Part shown: in pieces, positions 37,001-49,000 of the stretch
How positions within the stretch are numbered: position 1 is the stretch's first letter
Layout: each line of letters starts with the position of its first letter
DNA from: Amphiscolops sp. MND2022
Lineage: Eukaryota
Direction: 5' to 3'
DNA: 64,000 nucleotides
Assembly: GCA_964187785.1 (NCBI GenBank)
Contig: OZ076409.1
Span: 18,788,001-18,852,000, forward strand
Notes under the pieces: model-generated
Seen by the model: only the letters and a program-made list of their open reading frames with translations
The model's database searches: none
What the model was told of the DNA's origin: nothing
Made by a program: the position numbers and the translations under genes

Positions 37001-40000
37001 TTCTGGTCCGTCGCACGGGTCGTAGATATTTTGTAACGGTGGACGTAGTTGCGTTTCTTTTACACTTTTAGACTTCATGCAGTTTTCACATCCGTCAAGG
37101 ACTTTTTGAACTTTACAGGCTAAGTTAGGAGAGTAATATCTTTTACGAAGTTCATACAACATTTTCTTTAAACCAGGGTGTCCTTGTACCGGGCTGTTAT
37201 GTAGAGTCCTAATTATTTTTAAAATACAGTCTTCAGGAACAACTAACTGCTTGTGAGACTCCAGTCCCGTGTGACCAAAAAACTGTCTGTACAAGACACC
37301 GTTTACAACTTGTAGGCGTTTTCGGTTTTTGTGCAACTTTTGAAAAAACTGATCTTGCATATTAACTGGGTGTTGCAAAATTTCAGTACCTTCTAAAAAT
37401 CTAATCATTTTTTGAATAACCCAGTTATTTTTCTGGACCTGAATTAGATCGATCCCCTCAGCGGGGCTAACCTGACTCATTACCGGGTGTGATAATGTTA
37501 CTTTACGGATGAATTGCGAGAGTTGAATCGGCTCGTCCACGTCTGTGAGGCGGTACGTCAGATGGTTGTCAGTCGCGAAGTCATCTGAGGCCGCTGTTCT
37601 CTCACAGTTGGTGAACTTCATCCCTTTCCCATCGTCATGAGCCACGTCAGTGCCAGTTGCCAATTTCATCTCTTTGACATCCTTCTGGCGTTTGCATCTG
37701 AGTGGTTCGCTCGCGGGAAAGTAATCAGGCTCGTCTTCCTCCTGTTTTGGTGTACGGGAGGCGATGTCGATCTCGATTCTGTGAATTGGAATAGTATCAG
37801 TCAATTTTAAATGTACACGGTCTTCAGGTCTAATCTCAAGCCGAGATAAGTAATCCGCTGCGGGATTTTCAACTCCTGGTACATGTGCTAGTAAAAAATT
37901 GAACTGAAGGGTTTGGTCACAAAAATTCCAAAGTGAAGGCGGGATATGTTTCGCCTGAAAAAATCTAGTCAAGGCCTTATTGTCAGTCATAACAATGATG
38001 GGTTTTTTCGCACCCCACAAAATGTGGCCAAATTCATCGAAGGCAAAGTGCATAGCTAAAAACTCTTTGGCATACATTGTTAGAGACATCTGGCCGCCCT
38101 GAAATTTCTTAGAGCCAAATGCAACAGGGGCGTATGTATGTTTGACTGACGGGTCTGCATAATCCTCGATTAACAACACATAGCCGGCAGCGTGTTCGCT
38201 GGCGTCACACATGATTACCAATTGTTTATCTGGTAATGGCAATTTCAGGGACACTTTTGTTGCTTTTAACAAACTTTCATTAATTTCAAAAATAGCATCT
38301 TTATGTTGTTGGTTCAGCTTGAAAGGGACGTCTTTCTTGATGAGTTCCTGTAAACAACAAGTTTTATCAGCTAGACGGGGAATATAAGACCTGTAAAAGT
38401 TTACAAAACCAAGATAACGTTGCAACGCTTTCACTGAATTGGGGGGTTTCAAATTGGTTAAATAGTCTGTTACGCGTTTTTCAATGGGAGCAATACCAGT
38501 GCTAGAAATGGTTTTTCCCAAGTACTCGATTTGTTTTTGTCCAAATTCACATTTACTCATGCTAAGTTTAAGACCAGCTTTGTGCAATTGTTGAAAAACA
38601 AGTTCAAGGTTAGTAATCAATTCTTCGGGTGAGTGTGCTGCAATTCCAATATCGTCAACATATTGGGCACAGCGGTCCGCTTTGACCAAGGGGTCCAAAT
38701 ACTCACGGATTACTCCTGTGAATGCTGACAAAGAACGATTAAGACCTTGTTCTAGACGTAAAAATGCAAAAGTTCTAGACCCAAAATTAAACGATAACAG
38801 TTGGACAGATTGCTCATCGGCCATTGGAATGCAATGGTAGGCCTGGGAACAATCAAGTTTGCAGAAGTACTTTTTCCCGGCCATGTGTTGGGCAGCGTCA
38901 GCAATTGTTGTTACGGGATGATTGTGCTCACCGTAATCGTTTTTGATCAGGTGGTTTATTCTTCTCAAGTCAACTAAAATCCTCAATTTACCATTAGGTT
39001 TACGCTGAGCAAATATCGGGGAAGAGTATTTGCTGTGAGGCAAAGTAGTTATAATCCCGTACTCTTGCATTAGAGCTAACTCCACGAGCAAATCGTCCTT
39101 CAAATTTGTCGGAGTCGGGAGACTTTGTGAATAAACACGTTCTTCATGTTGAGGTGTTAACTTAACTTTAATATCAGTGTTCATGCCAATATCAAAACGA
39201 TGTCTAGCAAAAATGGAGTTGTACTTTACCAGCAACTCCTCTACCTGTAACCGTTGAGACGGAGTAAGAAGCGAGTCGTCCCAGTTGAAGTTCTTCAGGA
39301 AGTTCATCCGTTGTTCATCGGATTGGGACGGGTCAAGCTTCTCGAGCTCTCGCAGTGCCAGAATCTCATCATAAATCCGTCGCTCAATTGAGTTGAGTTT
39401 GTCTGGCTCACTGCACGTCTCGGGAGTTGGGTACCACTTGGTTGACTTCATTTCAGGGTTCACGAACAGTTGGTTGATCACTGCTTCGGCTTCATCTGGG
39501 TACTTGGTGATCAAGTTCAAGTGTTCCACTGGCATGGGCGTGATGTTTGCCGCCTGGTGTGGTGTCGGGATGCGAAAGTGTGCCAGAGTGGTGTTGGCTT
39601 CAAGTGTGTACGTGTGGTTGTTTGGGTTGGTGACCTGGATTGTCGTCTTGCCCTCGTCTAGGTCAACCAAAGCTGGAGAAACAAGCAAACACGTCTTTCG
39701 CATGAATCCAGGTGAGCCCTCAACTGTACCAGTTGTAAGTGAGATGTCCGCGTCACTGTGGACCTGTATCATCACTTGATGGAGAGGAGGGATCACTGTT
39801 CTAGTACTGGAACACAAATCAATTAAACCAGTTTTGAATCTGTTGTTCTTTTGCTGTCTAACTTGCATGGACATCATGTGATTAGGGAAGTGGACAAGGT
39901 GGTTTTTGATGTCTAAGTTGACTGAGTACTTTTCAAAAAAGGACATTCCAATTAAAATTGTTCCCATTGTTGGAAGGATTAGGAACGTTTCTTCAAATAC

Positions 40001-43000
40001 TTTTCCAGCAACGTAAAATCTAAGTAAGACTTGCTTACGCACTGGGACTAAATTCCCGTTTGCTATTTGAATTTTGAAATTCGGAGGGGGGAATTCTTGA
40101 AGGATGGCTTCTGGATGAGCCGTTGTTATTTTTCGCAATTCGGCTTCAGACATTGCACTTTGTATTGCGCCTGTGTCTAAAAGTGCGCTGTTTTCGTATT
40201 TGTCAAACTGAAGAGGGACGTAAAGCATTTTATCTTTCTTGTTTAAATGTAAAGTGGGACTGAGAACGTGAATTTCTGTTTTAGTTGCATGTTTTTTAGC
40301 TTTTGAAACGTTAATACTACTCTGTTTTGCATGTTTTTTAATACTAAGCCGTTTGTCGATTGTTGAGTGTGAAGTCGAGTCGTCGTCTAGATGGGTGGTT
40401 TCCATCTCTTTGGCATCATCCACCTGCCTCATGGTGTTTGGTTGCCAGTTCATCGTTTGTTCATCGTTGATTTCAGCGAGTGGAGAAAAGCGGCTGCCGT
40501 TGAGTTGACGTGCATTTCCCATCGCTTTTTCATCGTTGGAAAGTCTTCGCTGATAGACGTCGTCAGCTTTTGGTCGTTTGTCCAGTGAAGGCTGCCATTT
40601 CTTCATTGGACGGTCGTGTGTAGTCGGTTGAGTCGAAAGTCGTTGGTTGCGCGTTGTATTTCTAGCGGGCGGAAATCGTGGCGGAATCAAAAACCCTGAT
40701 TTATGTCTTCATCAGAGTAGCTTTCTTGGTCTTCTTCTTCGGCAACTGCTTGCATAGGGTTCATCGGTTTTTGCTGTCGTTTTAAATCTTGTCTTCTAGT
40801 TTTGTTGTCTTCTTGTGAATTCGTTGCGTATGGAATCTTTCCATATGCAGAACTGCTTTCTTTAGGGACGCGTCGTCTGCAATCCCTTGCTGAGTGGCCT
40901 GTGTAACCGCAAATCTGGCAGACCAATTTTGGATTGTATTTCGGCTTATCTGGATCGGCTGCTTTCTTCATTGGGATTGCATCCTCCTTCTTTATGCCGT
41001 TCGCTTCGTCTCGTTGTCGGGCGCGACATTCCGTTTTGCGGTGTCCTGTCTTTCCGCAGTAAAAACATTGTCCCTCAAATCGTTTTCGTTCTGTCGGTTG
41101 CGTGGTCGTCGTTGTTGTTGTGGGCTTCGTCGTTGTAATCGTAGGTGGTGCTGAGGAGGTGACCGCGTTAAATGGTTGGATTGCCGTAGGTGGCGCGACG
41201 TACTGCTGGTACTGGTATTTTCGCATTAGGTAGGTTTTGATTTCCTCTGGGGAGCTCTCTTCTTTGTTTGCCATAGTGAGCTCTTGTTGAATCTCGACTG
41301 GCAGTTTTCCAAACAAGAACATTTTGATTATTCTGTCGGCCTCATTGCCGAAGGCTTGTTTGGCAGTCTTCTTGAGATTTTTGAGGAAATCTCCGAATGT
41401 TTCTGTTGTGGGATCATAGCGTGCTTGGTCCCATTTGTAACGGGCCACTTCCTTTAGATCCTCTTTTGCAAATTCTTTTCTGAAGAGGTCGAGTACATCC
41501 TTTAGTGTTGTCATTAGCGTTATCTGGATGGATTGCCAGTATTCTATTGCGTCATCTCTCAAAAGGCTTTGAAAGAAGTGTAGTTTGTTCTCCTCGGTGA
41601 TTTTGTTGGCAAGCGGGCTAAGGTGGTTGAGGAGAAGGTGCTCAAATTCGACGAATTTGTCTTTTTGGCCTCTGAAATTTGGCACGTGTGTCTGCAGAAG
41701 CTTCGTGTTGGTGGTTGTGTTTTTGATCCGTTGGGGGATCGTCTCGATTGCATTGAGTAGTCGTTCCTCATTGCTTCTGGGGGTTGATTCTCCCTCTTCG
41801 TCTGAGTCGTCTTCTTGGTATCTGCTGCAGTTGGTGAAGCTGGTTGTCGGGCGGGTGGAGCGGGTTTCTGTTGCTCCTGTCACCATGTCGAGCCCCACTG
41901 TGTGGGCCGGCTTTGAAGGACCTTTCGAAGTTGATTGTCGGTTTTCGGTGTCTGCCTTACTTATGACAGCCATCATTAAGTCCTTCAGTTGACTAAACTC
42001 ATTTTGTAACTCGTTTATCTTTCTTTCATAACTCTCTTTTATTTCAGACAACTGAGACGAGATATCAGAAGTTTCGTTACTATCGGAGTCATTGGCAGAG
42101 GACTGAGCCATGTCTGGATCCGTTGGAACAAGTGTTTCTAACGAGGAACTAATAATTCTTCCGCTTCTGAGTTCAGTGCCTAGATCTGGGTTCATAGAGA
42201 TGGGAGAAAAGAATTATGAGTGAAGACTGGATTATCTGAAATGTTATTGCGATGTATTTTTGCTATTTTATCTGATTTTACGATCTCTAATTCACTAAGT
42301 TTGAACAGAGATGTTTTATCGATGACTAGTACAAATAAACAAGTCGTAAAGAAAGTAGCAGGAAATTAGTAAGGTGAATAGGAAAGTTCATCCAATGTTC
42401 ATCGCAGTTGTAAGTGCGTCAAAAGAAATTACTCAGTTTTAGTATTATAGTTTCTGAAGATGAAAATGAGATGTATTTTCGAGTAAAATTCGACGTGGGG
42501 TGTTCAACTGGATAGTAGCTTGTCGCAATTTCGGTCTCAGTAATCGCTAATGGCGGTCCAAAATACAGCAGTTCACGTGTCTTTTCCGGCTGGTAAGACG
42601 CTAATCTCTTACCAGCCTCTTCTCATTGGCTGTTACCACTGGTGTTAAAATGGTAAGTCACGTGACCGGTGTTGTGAACTGCCGCAAAGTGGCCACGCAC
42701 CATGGCACATCTACATGTGTTAATGGCGTTTAGTCATCAATTTACAGTGTCGCAATTGCCTGCACATAACATCATGGTTTCTATAGTAATTAAAATGGAC
42801 TCAAATTATTCAATAACGCACAAATTTCAAGCAAATTTAGAGTAAAGCACACTTTGGGATGGGAAAACGATGTTTTCCGCTGATTCTAGCACCAAAATCA
42901 ATGATTTAAAACTCGAAGATGGAAATGCGATGAACTTGTAAGAATATTCGCTGATTTCCAAGTATAGTTTAGCTCTGGATGAAAATGCGATGAATGGTAG

Positions 43001-46000
43001 TCTTTCTCGCTCGGAAATCAACACTATTTGAAATGACGATGATAAAAGGATGAACTCTCTTCGAAATGAACGATTTCCAGCACAATTTAAATCGACGATG
43101 GTAAAAGGATGAACTCTCCTCGAAGATAGCTAATTTCCAGCACTAGTGAAAATAACGATGAATTCAGGATGAATTCAGTCGATAAAACAGGTGAAACAAC
43201 TAATTCTACAGTAAAGACAAATATACGATGACTTTAGGATGAATACATTCAATAAAACAGCAAAATCTAATGAATCGAATTCCAACGATGAGTTTAGGAT
43301 GAACTCAACTGAAAATTTGGCTAATTCTAGCGCAAGTTGAACTAGCGATGAATTTACGATGAACTTGTGTAATAAATCTGCCAAATGTAGTGCGAACTAA
43401 TTTTACAATGGACTAGTGATGAATTAGTCTAATAAAACAGATATCCAGCACTTCACTCTTTTTTAGGATGAATTAAGGATGTACTTTCTCATTTCTTATT
43501 GTTACTAGTCAGGACGATGAAATATAGATGTGTTATGCTCTTTTAAGAAATGAGAAGCATATTGAAGGTTAATAATCACAAAACGGCGATGAGTATGGGA
43601 TGGTTTTCATGCATTTTAAAGTCCCGTGAGATCCGCTGATGGATCATTAAATGAAATCAAATAAATGTCCCAATTTTTGTTCACCCGCAATCTTGGCGAT
43701 GTGATTGCGATGAACTTTGATAATATAGCACTGTAATTTCACTAGTAAGTCAAGCTGAAGGATCACTAAGTCCGCTGATGGATTAGTGATGAACTCTTTC
43801 TGAAATTCGTCACGACTACAAGCCCTGAGGCGGGGAGCTAGTAGAAGTTACAGGTTTCATTATTTCTACATCTCTCGGTCCAGTCTGACCGGAAAACTTC
43901 TCTCCCTTGTCGTGACAAACCAATATTGAATAAGATAGCACATTAAAGGCCATTGGCAAGATCATTTGTGCGGACACCGGAACTAGAGCGCTCAGTATTA
44001 AGTAAATATAAATAGCTCAAACTCAGGGGGGATAGGGATTAAGGTACAAGTAACGTAGGGTTGCTCACAACCATGGCTCTTATTATATGACATCATATTG
44101 CCCATATCTAAGTACATAAGACATAATATTTACATTACAGATATTTAGTAGATTATATTTCCATCATGCTGGCATGACAAGCACCTTCATCAAAAATCTA
44201 CATGTAGATTCGAAACCTTTCTACGAACTTCTGAGAGATGACACTCCATTCAAATGGACAAAAGAGCATGAGAACTTGTTCCAAGACATAAAAAATAGAA
44301 TCAGCGAAGAAACCATCTTAGCTGTACCAAACCCAAAGTATCCGTTCCACATCCATGTCGACTCCTCCAGTATTGGTACGGGATCAATCTTAATTCAAGA
44401 TTTTCCTTCCGGGAAACGTATAGTTTCCTTCAATTCGCGAGTCTTTACAAAGGATGAACAAAAGATGTCAACGCTACATCGAGAACTGTGCGGAATCATT
44501 TCTGCTCTACAAACGTATGAGCATTTAATAATTGGATCTCGGCATCCCATCAAGGTATTCTGTGATCACAAGCCCCTCCTGTATCTATGGGCACGCAAAG
44601 GAAGATTATCTCATAGATTCTTCCGCTACCAAGTGATTATCACTCAGTTCACTAATTTGCAAATCATTTGGACCCCTGGAACGAATTTAGTGTTTCCAGA
44701 TTTGCCGAGCAGGAATGTGTCGTTGAAAGATCTCAACGGTCACCAATTACTTCACAAAGAAATTCCAAAAGATATAAAGTTCTTCAGCCAAAGTGGACAC
44801 GAAGTTCAGTATCTGATAGACCACAACAGCCCTGCTGAAAGCGCCAATGATGATTTTTACCTAATTGTTTGCACTCACCTGGGTGAAACCAAGAAAATTC
44901 ACCTGAAAAATGATGGTACAGATCTTATTTGTACGGTATACGATCCAAACTCTCCGAAAGCGCTCTTTGATGTTTCTGACTCCTTCCGTGAAGGTAAGGA
45001 CATCAACATTCGACGTAAATGGCAAACCCCACCAATGGTTGTGGAAGCCGAAGTTCAGGAAAATCATTATTCCGAAATTGACTCCGAAACTGACAATAGT
45101 GACAATGAGGCTTCTGACGAAGATCCTGTATTGAACACAGAGGTTGTAAATGCATCTAAAGAAGATGTTCCTTTCATCCTCTCCATTTTCACCATTCAAG
45201 ACTCACTACAACCATTGAAACTCGTTACCGATAATCTAGATTTAAACAAAATTTTGGCAAACCAACAGGATGACCCAGTCCTGAACACTGCTAAATCATG
45301 GATAATTAAAGGCAAAGTGCCGTCAAAAGATGTTGAGTCCCGACAATGCAAAAGATTACTCGGTTATTCAAATCAATTTGAAAAATTGTTCATTGACGAA
45401 GAAACACAACTTGTTTGTAAAACTAGCAAGCATTCATCACGACAAATATGTCTGCCCCGCAACTGTTTCATTGAAGCTTTCAATGTTGCACACGATCATC
45501 GGCTTTCAGGACATCCAGGATGTGAAAAGACACTTTCGTCTCTGAAAAGATTTTTCTATTGGCCTGGTATGTACAAATGGGTAAGGACTCTAACGAAGAG
45601 CTGCCTGATCTGCCGAAAAAATAAACAAATCAGAAAGGATCAAAACACCGCTCCCAACGAAAAATGGGGAGAAGAAATTCCTTATCCCTTCCACACTGTT
45701 CACATTGACCTTAAAGGACCTTTGAATTCCATGAGTGACGGAAAACATCACTGTTTAGTTGTGATTGACGCATTCTCACGATTCATACAAGTTTACCCAG
45801 TCAAGTCGACTGATGCAAGTAATACTATTGAAGCCATGACTTCTTTCATTACTTCATTTGGTATTCCTCAAAAACTTGTATATGATAGAGGTACGTCGTT
45901 CATGAGCACTGATTTCTCAACCTTTCTCTTGGATTTAGGCATAACGCATGCCCCAAGAACTAAATGGTCCCCTTGGACTAACGGCAAGGTTGAAATCCAA

Positions 46001-49000
46001 AACAAACACCTCACTCGATACTTTCGATGCTATCTTTCCGAAGCAGGAAATAATTGGGCCAAGCTGGCTCCTCAATTCGCCTTTGCTCATAACACTTCAG
46101 TGAACGCCAGTACAGGAGCAACTCCCTATGAAGTTGTTTTCGGATTTAAACCACAAATTCCGATTTCGTTGAAACTAGGTCTCGTAAGAGACGACAATGA
46201 TTTGTGTCAATCCGAATTCTGTCAGTCTTTACCTGACCATTCACACATGAATAAAGACACGAATCATTCTTGCATTGACTCCTTACTGACGTCAAAATGT
46301 TCGTTGGATTTGTTACACAGAGAAACACAATTCAAAAACATATACAGAAAAGTATATACCAAAGTTCGTAAAGCGAATCATCGATCTCTGCCGTACCGAA
46401 ACAAGTACAAACTCGCTAAACCATTACGAGTTGGACAAAAAGTACTACTCGAAAATCATCAAGTCCCATTCGGGAAATCACAAAAGTTGTGCGAGCTCCG
46501 AAGTGGACCGTACACTGTGACTAAAGTGATCACGAAAGTGAACTACCAAGTCGCGCTCGATTCGGATCCAACGAGGATTCAAGTCGTTCATCGTAATCAT
46601 CTCGTTGAATTCTTCCCTCGTGACAATGATTTACCGACTTTATTGTCCAATTACGAAAAGCCTGTCAACGACGACAGAACCGAACATTTTTACAACGAGT
46701 ATGCAAAGAATCGACTCTCCGAATTGAACAAACCAATTGAAACGCTTGCTGAACGACAGCACGTACAAGAATACTTACCTATTTTTCCCGACGCTCCTGG
46801 TCCATCCAGGATGAACACGACTTATAGTTCGCCTGCTAAATGCGGCTCTGCTCATTCGACACCGAATTTCTTAGCGAGCTCCCCCGACTCTGGCATCCCG
46901 CAGTCATCTCCTCAAACCCCTATTTCATTTCAAGGAGAATCGCCAGCAATAACCAGTCAGCCAATCACACCTAGTCCTTTGCCTCGCACTTTTAGTACTA
47001 ACCCAAACAATATTACTTCAAATAGCACTGCCGCTGCTCCACGCTCAAGAAACACTGGAACGTTACGAAACATTCCTAGAGAGTGGTACGGAAAGCCTTA
47101 TTTCTAATATTATTATCATTTCTCTTTTTCTACTCTCTCTCGCCAAATCATTCCAAACAAATCCTATGCAAAGCGCATTTGTATAACTTTCTACTGTTTC
47201 TATCTCTATTTATACAAGATGTTTTATTTTATTCTTTTCCTTTTTCCTTTTTCTTGTGCAAGTGATGACTTTGACAATGTGTCAAAGAACTTGTTTGTAT
47301 CTCATTACGATTGCACAAAAATGCAAGACAATCGAATGTACTCCCTGAATAAGGTAGCAGAATGCAAGATTACACCAGAAAACTTGTATGTCACGCCGGC
47401 TACTATCACACTTTATCAGAAGAACTACCGGACTGACCTGGCAGCAACAATGTGTTCTGTCAAGGCCCATGTCTTCCGCTACAATTGTGGAATGTTTTCG
47501 CATTCGTCCTACGTTCATACTCAAAATAGTATAACGTATGACCTCATCGTTACCCCTGAAATGTGCCGACAGGCATCAAAGACGAACAAAATTAAAATTT
47601 CGTCTTTTAGCGAAAACTTCGATGCCCCAATTGAATTCGATACAAAGAAACAATCGAATTTCAATGATGGACAATCAGTCCGCACAACCATTCATTGCTC
47701 AAGTGGTCAAGTACAGCACTATACCTTCGAGACGTTCATGCAACGTGTGAATTTGACATTCGATTACGCAACCAAAGAGGTTTCCAATCCAAATAAACAA
47801 AAATTGCCATGTCTTTTAATGGAGGGTGGTTGCGAGACCACTACTTTAGACCCATTCGCTTACACGTGGGATACTCCCGAAAACTGCGTGATGACAAAAA
47901 TCCTCACTCAGGAAGCAAAAATGCTTAAGTATCCATTGTCAACGAACAGAAACGAAAACCAATTTTTCCTAATCAGCGAATATAATGAGACTGGCAAAGG
48001 AATGAACCTCAAAATAAAAGTCTTCCCTGAAAGCTATGAGCTATGTGGGAAACCTGAACGATTGTTCAAAACAAATTTTGAGAGTCTATTTGTGACTTAC
48101 CAAGGAGGTTTCGCAATGCCAGGTGGAGAACTACGAACTAAAGAACATGCTTTTAACGCCTACCAATTTTCCATTGACAACTCTAGCCAGGTCTCTTATT
48201 CGTCATTATCTTTCAGCAAATCAAATGGCCAATGGATTGGTGCACAGCCTTGGCATACCGTCGGCGCGGATGAAATTGATTATGAATTGCACTTGGGAAC
48301 AAAGTTAGACTATATAATGTACTTCAATGCGAAGCAATTGAGGCATTCTGAAATGACACTTCTGCAGAGTCAATGCGAACTCGAACGAACTCAAATGTTA
48401 ACTATTTTAATGTTAGCAATGCAAAACACAAGACTTGCCGGTTACATGTTAACTGGAAACAGGTCTATGTTCCTTGACACCGATGGAAGTGTCGCATGGT
48501 TATACCATTGTCCGAAGTTTTTGTCGCCCTTGAAAGTGCTTGATAAATGTTATGATCGAATCCCGATCATGTTTGAACGGTCTACGAACTTTGTAGATCC
48601 TATCACCCGTCAGACTTATGATTTTGCATCCGAGATACCCTGTTTGGGAGATTACACAAATGTGTTTCAACTTGATCTCGAAAATGACAATTCCTGGTAC
48701 CAACTTTTACCTGAGCCCATGCCTTTCAATAAACCTTTGTTGTTCAAGCCAACTGAACTTGGACATATTACTCAGTTTCCAACTTTCGACACCAGGCGTG
48801 CTGGAATGTACACCCCAAATCAAATGAAAAATTTTTGGGATAATGTAAATGATAGACTTCTGTTGGATCACTTGTTGACGCCTTCTTTTTTCGTCGATAA
48901 ATTCAAGGAAACTTTTGGTGAATTGGGATATATTATCCAATGTTTAGGAAACTTTTTTGCTTGTTTCCTTTTGGTAAAGTTCGTTATTGATGTTGTTGTC

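Larger units (their letters stand above)
24804..44179 (-). mobile_element. Inner giant Ty3/Gypsy LTR retrotransposon (19,376 bp) with antisense cargo gene
   Basis: 2294-bp LTRs with TGTC...GACA termini, 5-bp TSD AGCAC (24799-24803 / 44180-44184), gag and PR-RT-RH-IN on minus strand. Confidence 0.97.

Noticed and set aside
24804..44179. DIRS/tyrosine-recombinase element or assembly duplication
   Set aside because: Direct LTRs with TG...CA, 5-bp TSD, PBS and DDE integrase; LTRs differ at several sites and the split pol rejoins in frame.
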